64,000 bases of DNA from Kudoa neothunni (taxonomy: Eukaryota; Animalia; Cnidaria). The stretch lies in contig OZ199840.1 of NCBI GenBank assembly GCA_964304625.1, positions 7,695,744 through 7,759,743 of the forward strand. The letters run 5' to 3'. Numbering within the stretch: position 1 is the stretch's first letter; every line of letters begins with the position of its first letter. Made by a program: the position numbers and the translations under genes. Below, piece after piece: positions 27,110 through 40,900 of this stretch. The notes under the pieces were generated by a model, which was not told the DNA's origin, searched no databases, and worked only from the letters and a program-made list of their open reading frames with translations.

Positions 27110-28250
27110 TAATCCTTAGGTTTGTAAATACGTATTCAAAATTCCCGTGTGGTGGAAGTACAGAAATAAATTTTGGAGAATGGGTTGTTGATGGAACTCA
27201 AAACAAATGTGTCGTATGCAAATAACATGTTTCCATCGGAATTTTGATCGTTTCTAAGTAATGAAAACTTCCTTTATGCAATCATTTTTCTAAAAATGGA
27301 TCTAAATTATACAAAAACCAAACTTAAATTATGGCTTTATCAAAAAATCAGAAAAATTACGCCGACAGTTCATCCATCATCGATTTTCAGGGCGCATGGT
27401 CTCTTTTTTACACAATGCAATTAAAAAAGAAAATGTATACTTCAGAAAATATTGATGAAATCATTAATTTAGGCTATAGGCATTTTTTCGATAACCTTGA
27501 CTATACAAAATAAAGACTGTGCAGGATTTTGAGATTATGAAGAACTATTCAAAATGTTTTTGTGGCAGGTAAAATGTTTATAGTTAAAGGAGAAGAAGCT
27601 GACGATGGGTATCAATACCAATACAAAATCAATACTTATAGCAACTGTTTTCAAAATTTTTACACTTCCATAATGGAACCTTTTTATTTCTATAGTTTTC
27701 GAATGACATCAATGACATGTGATGATATTCGAAAACACGTTAAACTTTCTTCTAATTAGACGAAAAATGATTGGAAAATCCCAATTATACATATTAAGGC
27801 ATCTAAATGAGCGAACAATTTTCAAGGATTGGCGGAAAGGGTGTGATTGTACAAATAGATGAGATCTCCATATCCAAAAATGTTCTACGTTTGAATAATT
27901 CTTCGTAGCAAAAAAACCTAGATAAGAGGAGGAATGGAAGAAAATGGAAATTTGATTTTGTAGATAATTCAAAAGAGAAATAGGAATATTTTAGAATGGA
28001 TTATTGTTAAAAAATTTTGTTAAAAACTAATTGGACTGATGGTTAGAAAGAATACAACAATGTAAATAATGTAAGATTCGTTCATGGTACTGTTATTCTT
28101 TAAAGATTTGTTTATGCAGAAGGTATTCATATTAGAGAAATAGAAGTTATATTAAGATTTTTAAAAGAAAGTATAGAAATGCACCAAATAAAGCCCCAGA
28201 CAGAGTATCTAACTACGCGCCTGTTATTATGATACGGGAGAATAGAGCGG
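27110..28250 (+). pseudogene. Merlin (IS1016/ISXO2-like) transposase remnant
   Basis: IGGKGVIVQIDE at ~27828-27863 and WTDG*KEYN…HGTV…FV…GIH..EIE at ~28030-28150; many stops. Confidence 0.75.
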
Positions 28251-28638
28251 GGACAATTAATACTGAGGCTTTAATTAGTTCAAATATTATTCCCCATTAT
28301 CGGAGATTGTTTTCTCCCAAACACAAACATTAACATTCGACTATGGTCATTATAAAAGAATTAAAAAAATTGATTAAATGAAATTCAAGATTATTCAAAC
28401 ATTTGGAAATTAGTCTCTAACTAAATAATACTTTATTCTCCAAGTAGAAACTGTACTTTCATGAAAAACACAATATTTTATGTCAAAATTATTCATCTTA
28501 AATTTTATATTATGAGTTGTAAAATTAAATATTTTTTTTACCAAAACGCATGCGAATAAAGAGAAACGTTCTAAAATAATTTAAAAATCGCTAACCTATT
28601 CTATTAATAAATGAAAAAATATCAGGGTTTTTTGTTAT

Positions 28639-30777
28639 TTATAGCGGCGAGTAGAACATTTATTTGGTTGTAGTTTATGTATTGGAATATAGCCATTACG
28701 AATAACAATCTAACAAAATATAAAAAAAAACTAGCAGGGTCATTTAATTACATTAAAATAAGGATTTGAACGCTTTGTTGTAAACATTGGCCAATAAAAT
28801 TGGTAGAAGGTGTATTTGTTTGTAAACTACCAATTCTTGTGCTTTTGTATGTGACTTGGTTTGCTTTATTGCCAACTTTAAGTGAAATTTATTTCAAGAA
28901 TATTTATTAATAAATTACCTTCAGACTCTAATTTAGCAGCTTCATCATTAGTTACATTCATTGCTGGGCCTTTCAAAAATCTCACTAAAATAAATTTGGA
29001 CATTATTGTAGTGAAGATAAAAAATTACTCATAATATTAATTTTATCGATAGCGTTAGACTGAGTTTCTTTCATGATTTTTCCTTTGAATAATTTGGTCA
29101 CGTTCTTAATAAATTCCACTTTGAGGAATATTCTATATAATAATAATTTTTTAGATTTCATTTGTTCAATTATTTTTAAGAAGTTATAAATTTACTTGAG
29201 AGTTGAGGTGGACGGTGATTCTTCCATGATACAATATCTGTGGTAGACTTTGATGGTATCAGCATAAGGAGCTCCTCTAGTTGTGGTTTCAGTTAGTAGA
29301 TCTTTATGGTTTTTGGAATTTTCAGTGCCTAATTCGGTCTAAAAAATTCAAATTAAGTGCCATTCAAGAATTTTATTATTATTATTATTATTTGAAATAA
29401 AACATGATTAATTATATTGTTTATGCGGATAAGGGTTACTCTTTAGGAATTTTTTTATTCAAAAAGAAGCGCTACAAAATAAAAAATTACTATGGTTCCT
29501 TGAACATATACTGGTTTTCCCATGTAAGCTTTTAGTACACTGTAGGAAACCTCTATGAAGTTGTGGCCGTTTTCATTTTTGTTTTGTTGCGATTCGATTT
29601 TGTAATCTACATTGTAAATTAGACAATTACAATAAATAATAAAAATCTATACCTGCTATATTTTGTAGTTGTTTGCAATTATCTAAAAAAGTGGAGTTTG
29701 GATCCATAAAAAATGCTTTGAATTCATCGGGAGTGAAATTAATTTTCTAAACAAATATTTTTAAATTAATCTTAACGATGAAGTTCGATAAGAATTTGAG
29801 TGCAGTCGATATTTTAAGGCATATAAGCGGCACCCAAAATATCTTATGATATGTATCATTACATCATCGATAATTTTTTCACCATCATACTCACAGGAAG
29901 CGAGTGTTGGCAACCTACATATTATTAGTCGAATCACATAAAGTAAATATGCATACTTGGCCGCAGTAGTTTCAACTGATGAGCAAGCAATATGATTTTT
30001 AACGTTATCTAACGCCTTTGACGGAAGTGTGCCAGAACTAGTAATAAAAATCATAGAATCAGCTCAGCCAAACATAATAAGTTTACAACACATCATGTTG
30101 CTTTATTTCCGGTATACAATTTGTGGATTTGGACATATTATTATGGAAATCGTTAGAAGAATCTTCACCGAGCGGTGGAATGCAGTCATCGCTTTTATGA
30201 CAAAAAGTTACAGCGTTCTACAAAATTTTTAATAGCAGTAACAAAAAAAGTTCTATAAGAATCGAAAATAAGTACCTTGTCGCTGTACTTTTCAACAGCT
30301 TCAGAGAGAAATGTAAAGGATTTGCTTCGATTTAGGAAAGAGAAAAAATGCGCCTACATCTCAATATCACAATAACAATTAATAGGGGATTTTCTTTAAA
30401 AGCTCATACACTACATTCGGTAGACGATTCATCATCATATACAATTTTAATTCCACTTGCTGTTTTGACTATACTTTTTATATTTGTGTATGTGATTCTG
30501 ATTTTCTAGAAAAAAAATGATTTCGGGGAATATCAAACAAAAATTACAGTTTTAAAAACTTTTAATGATGGTAGAAAATATAACGCTTGATTGGTGAGAT
30601 AAAGTTTCCCCAACATAATAATGTCGTCATTTATTGAACACCTGAATTCTAAAATGAAAATATAATTAAAAAATATAATTTTATTAAAGTACCTTTTATT
30701 GCAATTTCGTTATCACTAATTTCAGTAGGAAAACATAAATTTAATCTGGATTCTTTACTTATTGACATCATATCCAT
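28639..30777 (-). CDS. GRAMD1: GRAM + VASt/StART-like + C-terminal TM sterol transfer protein (Aster)
   Basis: GRAM: CSINDDIIMLGKLYLTNQALYF…HFFSFLNRSKSFTFL. VASt: TETTTRGAPYADTIKVYHRYCI…IFLKVEFIK. TM: VQILILILLFVMAIF. About 13 short exons; start codon uncertain, with possible upstream exons near 30850-31060. Confidence 0.82.
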
Positions 30778-31966
30778 CTGAATTAATAATAATTAAAATT
30801 CACATAAATATCAAAATCATTAAATGAAAATTATTATTTATGAAAATATTACATTAGGACTTTTTTGAACATTTTAATTCATTATTAAAAGTTATAAAAT
30901 TATAGATTTAATAATCTGTCAACAAAAACACAAATTTTACTGTTATCACAACTAACGTTAAAAATATTCTAGAGCCGATAATCACCTACTTCAGAGTTGC
31001 ATTCCCTCTCTTGAATTTCTGCTTTTACTTTTAATCGAGTTTGTGACATTTTTCAACAAATATTCAGGTGTAGGGGTTGAGGTTGTGTTTTCTATAACAC
31101 CAAGTCTATAAATCAGACGACTGATTGATATCGAAATCGTGATCTGTTCGATAAATAAGCTTATGGAGACAAATAAAAAAATTCCCAATTGATATCGTTA
31201 AAGACTCGTAACAATCAAAAATATCTGAATGGATTGATTTGGTATTATATAGATGATCTAAAGTTAATTGGATTTACAAATCTTCAAAACCTCTAGTATT
31301 TTATCATTAATGGATATCTATTAATTTTTGTTCTCATTCAGTCTGTAATGAACTATCTTTTCACATTTTTAACTGTATTATGTGAGTGGTCGACAAATGA
31401 ATTTTTATTTTCTACTAATCGTTCAATTACATCAAGTGGTAATATATATTTTTTAATCAATCGCACCCTTTAAAATATCCAATTGTTTTGTTAATTTTGT
31501 ACATTATCTTGTTCTAGAATAAAAACGTAACAATTATTTGAGATACAAAAAACAAATAAGACTTAAGATTGGCATACGACAGTTTGTTTGTTTTCCCTAA
31601 CAGAAATTACTCTATCAAGCCACATTTAATTGTACAAATTTTGTTTAGGTATATGGTCATTAATTATATTACATTATTAGAGTTTTAAATGCTATGATAA
31701 TATATTTCGAGATATCGATTCATAAAAGTAGTTGGATTACTTTCTACCATACATTAATCAATAAATCTGGGGTTAAAAAATAAAATAATCCATTGCTTTA
31801 TAAAGAGCTTATATTGATTGGAAATATTTTTTCTGATTATTTAAGTTGATTTAAACTCATGAAGAATTTTTTTCAACGGTATTATTTAACCAAAATAAGA
31901 AAAAGTAATCCTACGACAAGTAACGAATGAGTCGAAAATCAAAAATTTACTAACCGAAGCTGTAAA

Positions 31967-34900
31967 ATGAATGATGACACTCAAACAAATGTAAATATGC
32001 CCAAATAACCACCTCAAACATATAATAAAAATTATTATTTAATTTTTAATAGCTTAGAAAATTGAATGTCTACGATAGCAACTATGTTGAATGTTACAAA
32101 TCCAAGATATACGAGCATTTGCTGAAAGTAACTCGATGTTTGTTGACAATACTAAAAAACTTTCCGCTCTAGGATCTCACAATCTCCTGCATCGTTGGAA
32201 CCAAAGGCCATATCGTCATAGCAACCACAGACGGCCACCTCCTAGCTATAGATAAATTTTTTGATCGTTCACTGTTTAATTTGAAAGCATTTGATGGTGT
32301 AATAACACAACTTCTCTATAGCAGAAAAAGAGATATATTATTTGTGGTTGGGGTAGTTGATTTTTATGAGGGGATTATGGGATTTAAGCATGAAATAATT
32401 AGGTGGATAAAAATTTATCATTAAATAACACCTTAAAAGTCTACGATCTGACTACGGTAAATCTAATTGATTGGAAAAATTTTGTTATTAATATAATATT
32501 TAAGTTGACTAATGACAGCCCGATACCAACTTTATTAAATAGCACTTTGTTGACGACCGCCAACAAAAAGAAATCAATGGTAAATTTCATCAGCTGTAAA
32601 CAGTAAATACTGACATATCGGGGTAGATTATGAGTGTGACTGTGGATGAAAAATTGAATTTTCTTGTTGTTGGATATGATGATGGGACAGTTGCCATTAT
32701 TTCAAATGATATTGTTTATATGAGGTATTTGTTAGTAAATTGGAAATTATCTCATAGAACCTCTTTTTATGTGTTAAGGAAACATAAGATACACCTCATC
32801 AAAGAATTTAAAGCGCCTATCACCGGATTGAGTATTGTGGAAGTTGGTAGTCAGTCAAATACTCTCTTTATCACAACAACCGAATGTGTTGCCGTTTATG
32901 ATATGAATCCTAAGGATTCAACCAATAAAGTCACTCTTTCACATAAATCTGCCTTATTGACATATTTAAAATTCACGTTTAGTGTATTATATTGGATAGA
33001 TTGAATGTTCCATTGAAATGTAGCTCTGCTATTCGTTTTGGTAATGAGAATCAACTTGTTGTTGCTACTACTCAAGTGAGAAATTATAAGTTATTCAAAA
33101 ATATGTATTCGAATTGCTCGTGTATAGGCTATTCAAAGCTACACTCAGGAAGGCAGATGCCATTACATTCGCCTGAAAGATGAGAAGTCATTCGTCAAAA
33201 CAACTAGAGATACCGTCATTTTTGTTTCAAACAATTCAACTGACACGATTATGGCGCCTAATATGTTGTAAGTGACTCCACTTTTAGTTAGGTTGTTAAC
33301 GTCAAACTTCTAATTGACAATTGAATTGGATAGTTTTTACATTAGTTAGTAATGCTCTTAGAATGCGCCCTTGTTATGGTTTTTTAAAAACATATTGAAT
33401 TTAAAATGATGCATTAAATTAAGATCGTATCAACTTGTTTCTTTCAATCATATTAAATTATCTATTTTATGAAAATTAATGGAATTTTTTAGCCATGGCA
33501 ACAAACAAAAGTCTGAATCATACACTATCAATATAGTCGGGTTTAATACCTCCATGAAATTTTTTGGTAATTAAATGTTTCTTGGATTTCCCTCTTATTT
33601 GATGTAGCATTCGAAAAGCAAGTTACTAGTCCGATTATTGATATTGTGTACGAATGGGGTTGTTTTTACGTATTTCTACACGATGGACAAGTGATATGAT
33701 TCTTAAAAAATCTCGACTTACTAAAAATTCTATATACAGTTGTTGAGAATTGTGGCAAAAGATTTTGAAAGTCGCCTTAATTTTCTCTGCAAAAAAAAAT
33801 CTTTACACAGTGGCTTTGAGGTAGATTAATCAGAGAACAAACTTGCCACCTAACTCCTTATTTAATTGATTTAGTATGGCTAAAGACAGCTCTGATCACA
33901 GACACGTTGTTGAATGTTACAGAAAATATGGGGATTACCTTTATTCACAAGGTGATATGAAGAATTCAATGAAACAATTCATCGAAACAATTGGTTTTCT
34001 TGAGCCTTCCTATGTCATACATAAGGTTTGTAACTAATTTTTGAATGGACCGAGGAATGTAATATTATACTGAGGTTGGACGCTGGTTTTTAATATTGAT
34101 AAAGATAGTTTATTATTATGATAATTTAAACCTAGATGTACCAAGGTAGAGTATGCTGCGCTTGCAATTGATTTCATTATTATTTTATAAATTTTACTGT
34201 ATCCACGCATAACTTTGACTGCCCCCAATATTATTTTGTATTTTGATGTTAACCCTCCAATGAATTTAGGGTAATTTTTTACCCTAAATTCATTGGAGTG
34301 CAGTCGATTTTTAGTACATTAGAGGGCTAATATCACACCATATATTTTCTGTGAAACTAATTACAAAGTTTCTATTTTTGATAGTAATAATAATTATATA
34401 AAAGACCGTTAAATTCATTTTCTGTGTTTATCTTATTTGCGTCAAACGAAAAAGAGATTATGTTTAGATTTTTATTTAGCCAGGGTTATTTTTAAACCCT
34501 TTATTTTTTTTGAATATCTCAAAATATTGCGTTAAATTCTTTTATTTGGTATTAGATTATAAACGAAAATAATAAAGATCCGCCAAATATGTTACCACTT
34601 ACTTTTTTAAGAGAAACTTTAGCTCATATCTATTGTTTAAATTTTGAAAATTCATTTAATACTTTGTTTATTAGTTTTCTAGTTTAACGTATCAAAAAAT
34701 GTGATCTGAAACGAAATCAGAGATGATGACTCATTTTCGATCATAATCTATAATAAATTAAATTTACCAGTCGTTTTCAAAATAATTTTATAAACTGACT
34801 ACTATAATATTTGATGTCGCTTTATGCTTGATCATTTTTGTATCAAATCGATTAATTTGAGATGCTGTAAAATTTTTGAACATTTCTAGAGCTCTTAAGA

Positions 34901-37900
34901 GACAGTGTTATAATATACATTATAATGAAGGGGATAAATATTTTTCTAATACAATGTAACCTCGGATTTCGACCATAATCCATTCTAGAAGTATGTTCAA
35001 ACTACGAATAATTTTTTCCCGCGCAAAATAATGAAAATTAGTTTAAGTCGTTACCGCGCTCAAATAAATGACTATTTTTATTCTTATTTATGAAAAAACA
35101 TGCATATCCTGTGTTTATAAAATATAATCAATAAATATTAAATATAATAAAAAAATGAAATATAGGATAAATATTTTTTGGTTGTCATACAATAGATTTT
35201 AAAGGTGTATTTTTCGATGTCGTTCGAACCATTTCACTGAGTGAGTCTACTTCTAGGATTTCTTTTCTTCTTTATTTTTTTCTTCAACTGGATTTATTCT
35301 GAATTCCCTCTCTATATTTGTTCGAACTCGAAAATGTTTCTGACTCCAAATTTTTGGTCGGACTCAGAGGTTGCAGTGTATGTTGAATAAATTAGAATGC
35401 GAAATTACACTGAAATCGATTGCAGGATTAAGGTTAAGTCATATTCTTTCCCAATATTTAAACAAATACGCTATTAATTTGAAAAGTGTCACAAATTAAA
35501 ATCCGATGGCATCTTACAGCGAATGAGTTACTTTTTAATCAATAATTGCGTTTAATTAAAAAAATAGACAATTATTTTGATTATAACCAATTTCTAAAAT
35601 ATGGAAATAGTTTTTAGACACTCACAACATGAATCATGTTACCGCATATTTGGAGGTGAGCTTCATAATTATTTCTGCATTTCTCACATCTTTTCTGTCT
35701 CATTGTAGAAACTTCATGAGTTAAATTTGGCGTTAGTTGAACACACCACGCTGCTATTGAATTGCTACATCAAGTTGAATGATATTGATAATTTGGAGAA
35801 ATTCCTTGATGTATGAATAACTTTTTCTTTCGCTAGTTGAGTCTTTTTTTAGAAACAGAATGACATATATTTCGATCTACAAACAGCAATAAGAGTACTT
35901 AATGTTTAGGTCAAAATTTGAGTTTATTATGATCCTGTTTGGTGTAGGTGTGTCATCAGGCCAAGCTGTATAATCATGCGTTAAAACTGAGCAAAAAGAG
36001 TCACAATATCTTATGGCATTTAAAAATACTAATAGAAGATATACATGATTATGACTCTGCAATGGAGTTTGTATCAAGTTGTTCAAGTCTACACGATGTA
36101 AGAATCGTCAGATTTAAAGTTGGATGACTACTAAAATTGGTTTTTTCTAGTTGTGCGACTGTTTAAAAAAGTACGGCAAAATCCTCTTGCATCATCTACC
36201 TCAAAAGATACTAGACTGCATCAAAAAAATTGTGGTTGTCTATCCTGGTATGTTAAGTTTTTGTGAGATTTTAAGTTAAAATACTGAATCCCTTTATTTT
36301 TTTAGATTGTGATATCCAACAGTTTTTACATATATTCGTCGGGGATGATGCTCACCTCAAAGAACTACTTGAATTTATTATCAAAGTACAACTTTAATTT
36401 AACAGAAATACATATGATGAGATGTACATATTTGTCTGTAGAACAACAGCAAATGTGAGCACTTCATTTACAATCGACTGATGGAGCTTTACATCAACGA
36501 ATATGTACAAATTAATGATCCTGCAGTAATTGCTACCGATTTTTGTGGATTATTTATGTAGATTATTATTTTTTCCAACTATTTAGCAAAAGATACAACA
36601 TGAATTAAAATTCATAAACCTCCTCGATCAATATCACTCATTTTTGGATCTGGACCATCTTCTTATGGCCCTTCACGCGTGCGATTTCACCGTAGGAATT
36701 GTATGGATATATGAAAAGAAACAATTGTTAGTTTTTATATTAGACTGGGCATTGTGTGAACTTTGCTTTAGGTTCAATGAACTGCTCTATTATTACGACG
36801 ATAAAGACGATATGGAATCTGTGGTTTCATTGTGCAAGAGATATGGGTATGTGCATTTTTTATTCAAACCCACAGCGCTTGTGCATAGCGGTAGAGTATT
36901 TTGCTATAATTAAAAGTATGTACAGTCGTGCCTCAATATTGCGTAGTAAATTGGCGGTCCCAATTTACTACGCAATACAAAATTAGACGTAACATCGAGT
37001 TATGCGTAATGTGCAAAAAATCGATTAAACTATTTATTGGCTCCTTTTTAAACATAAATTCATTTATATAATGAAAGAGTTTTCCATTTTTATTTCATAT
37101 TTAGAGAAATAGGCAACCATTTTTATCCGCATTTTTCGTTCTTTTAGAATAGCTTATTTTCGATCCATAATAGGATGTAAATCACAGATTTTATGGATCC
37201 TCGCTTACAAAGCTTTGTTTAAGAGTTAATAAGACTTTCTAAATTTTAGATTAAGACACTTTTACTATTAATTGTTCCTTTTGGCACTCATCATCAGAGT
37301 TATTGACTCATGGCCCGCTGTTAAATTAGACCACTAATAAAGTCTATCCTTCATTCACGTTTTCGTTTGTTAAAAACGTCGTAGTTGGAAAGTTTTTGTA
37401 CTTTCTAACAGATTCCACCGAAGGTTGAATGTTCTTTATATTTAAAGTGTATTTTTTACCAAGACATCATTATTCCATTACTAAAATCAAATTCCTAAGC
37501 TATTCATTTTTGAACTCCTCATGGACTTAATTGAATTATTACAACTGATAATTTTAAATTTCTCGTCGATATCTTTTTGTATCCTTGGTATGGTCAAATT
37601 TACTAAGCAATATCGAATCAAGACGAGGTTTCCAGACCTTAGAATCGCTACGCAATACAAAATTACTTCGCAGTACTCAGCAATTTCATATTAATTTTTT
37701 TATTCATTAATAATTTTACACATATTTTACGAGATAATAATGTAATTCTTACTTAGCAGTATCCAAATTTACAAATACAGTCGAACCCCTTTTATCCAAA
37801 AATATTGGGACCTGGCATTTTCCTTTCGGATACTGAAATTTGGGTTAAACAAAGTTCGACGAATGCGCATATGTAGAGGGGAAAAATTGTAGGTTGGTTA

Positions 37901-40900
37901 CATACTTAATTTTTCATTATTCAATGTTTGTTTTATATTTTTAAAGAAAACTCCACTATATATAAATTATACTAGTGAGTACAAAGTGAAAACATTAGTT
38001 TAAGGCACAGTAGTTCTAGATTCAAAAAAATGGACTAATTATTTTTTTTTATAATTCCTTCTCTATTTCGATGTTGTGAGTTGTACTAATAATTATGGTA
38101 AGAATAACGAAGTAACAATGAGGAGCATTTTCCCAGAATCCTCCATAACGATATTTAGAATTTCCTCATTAATTAAAATATGTCATATTCCGACAATTTA
38201 ATATTGATTAATGATTGTTAGGATTCAATAAGACTCAAAATTGGAGGTGTTATGGGAAAAAATGATGTGTGAACATTGTTTAATTGATTCAATTCCGTGG
38301 ATAAATTGGTCTTATGAAGTCACATTGTTAGTTTGTGATTAAACAATCCAATAAATTCCATTTTTTTATTTTATTACTCATGAAAAGGTATAGATATAGA
38401 TATAAGGGAGTTTGTCTTTATCCAACATTATTCATTCATCATGAATATGGTGGCATTTTGAACATAAAATACTATATATCTACGTTACGCTATTCCTATG
38501 AATCTAACATAAACTTAAATTGAATAAATAATGGACATATGTATCAAAAAATAAATTTAGATGCCTTATTAACAAGGCACTAATCCAGACTTTAAGGCAT
38601 TTTTATCCGAAAATTTCAGCAAAAAGTTGTTTCGGTTAAACGAAATTTTTTTATTAAGAATCTACATCATTTCAAATAAATTTTAAAAATTCATTCGGAT
38701 ATCGCGATTTTTAAGTAAACGGGGTTCGACTGTAGTTGGAAAATACGAAATATATTGGAGAATTACGCAATACCAAGGCACGACTGTAATTAATTTGTGC
38801 AAATTATCTTTAATTTTTTAGAAAATTTCATGATGTTAATCTGTTTTTGCATACCAGTCTAATTTAGTTTTATTAAAGATATTTTATTCATTTTTTTCTT
38901 TTGTACCAGAAGAAACACTATTGACTGGCATTCTAATTACGCGCTTTTCCCCCTTCATACATGTGAATGATTTCTCCGTAAATTTTTATAAACAAAATTC
39001 AATCCAATGTTTAATAATTTCGATATCAATGATGATGAAGTTGATCTGAGAATATTCAATTTATACATTGAACGAATTAAAAATATTTAAGTTGTTAAAT
39101 CGGGAAAACGTCAGCTTTTATATTGAAGGGCTATGCTGAGATTATGATAATGATAAGTTAATATCTAATTTGTTGAATTTTTACTTTATACAATGGGTGA
39201 CGGATAATACGTAATCCCTCCGAGATTGGGAGAAATGTACGAAGGAGCTAACAATGATGAGTAATACGCATCTTTTCAAAATTCTAATAATCTTTAATTA
39301 TTATTGTATGATTTTACTTTATAAAAATCTATTATAATTTCCTGCTCCTTACACTTTATTGATATACTATATAGTTCGTGGGAATATTACGCATATTGCT
39401 AAGCAATAGAGCTATTTTTAACCCTTTCATTCCTAAATTTTTATTTATCCTTAAAAAATTAATTTTTAATAATATATATTTTTATAACTCAATATAAATA
39501 AAAATTTGTAGGAGACATTTTTTGGGGAAATATTTTTAAATTTCGTTCAGTATACTGAACCACGGGACTCCTTGGTAAAGAAAATGCGCAAAAAAAGAAA
39601 TCCAATTTATTACAACAGAAACAGATAGAGTAATCAATAAAACAATAATTTCTAGCGCTATCTTACTTATACAAACAATTTCTACCCTTTACAAGGCGGC
39701 GAGGAGCACCACATTTTAAGAAAATTATTTGAGTGTTCCTTCCACAACTCCTGCATCTATTTGGCATAGATACTACTTATCGGAAATGACTTACATTATC
39801 ATATCTAACATGGTCAGATTAAAGGTTACTCCTCTTTCGTTTTAATATAGTTGGCTCTGTTATATTCTGTGAATTAGAATTGTTCACTATACAACTACGT
39901 TTACGAGTTTGTATTAACCCTCTAACAGATGAAAAAACAACTACCCTCCAATGGGCTTTGGGGTAAAAAAGACCCTAGAATTTTTCCCTTTTGATGTATT
40001 CAGAAAATTATTATAAAGTTATGGGAATAATATGGGGAAATTCTTCCTAAGGGATATTGAGAAAACAATCAATTACTGTCTAATTAATCCTCGGTGACCT
40101 GCTTCGGTAAGATTAGGTATTATTTCGTAATAACTCGTGATTAGAACGTAGAGTATGTTTAGCCTCATTTGAAATAGCGGCAAACAAAAACAGTAATGAA
40201 AAATAAAATATAAACTCTAATAAAGAAATTCTATGTGGTAAAAATTCAGAATAGTGACCGTAGTCAAAAACAACCACAGCGAATCAAATCGTCCATGATG
40301 AACAATTTATTTTTGTTTATTTTTTAATTTTGATCCAACATGAATTTACATTTAATATTATCTTTCAGATATATACGATAGTTGTTGTGATCTATTATGT
40401 ATCTCCTAGTCCCTCGTGATCATTTGTACTGGCCATAACACTCAATTGAGTAAAACATCCTTTATGTATTCTAAAATTTAAGTGTGGCAACTGGTTTCTA
40501 TGTGTTATCACTATTTCTCCTTGGCGGCTACCTATTATTAAATACAGAAATTTATGAGAGTGAGAATTTCATATTTAGTACAAACATTAGATAATCAATT
40601 GTAGCAAATGTTTAACTTAAATGTCAAAAATAAATTATTTGACGAAATTCAAGCATTCCTGCTATAAACTGTTTAAGAAATATCACAATTCAAATTTATG
40701 ATTGTAGGATTAATCATCGATCTAACTATAATATTTCATTAGTGAATGCTGCGATTGTTCTGCAATTTTACCTTTAAATTATCAAAGGTTTATTTATTAG
40801 AGGATATTTATAGTCGGCGGACTAGTAACATGGATAAATTTTTATTTTGTTTTGGGTAATAAACTTTGGCGCCACAATAATTATTGAAACGAAGACTTAC

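Noticed and set aside
30853-30915. AG/GT-bounded 63-bp segment upstream of GRAMD1 read as a coding exon
   Set aside because: It has stops in all three frames, so it is at best a 5' UTR exon.
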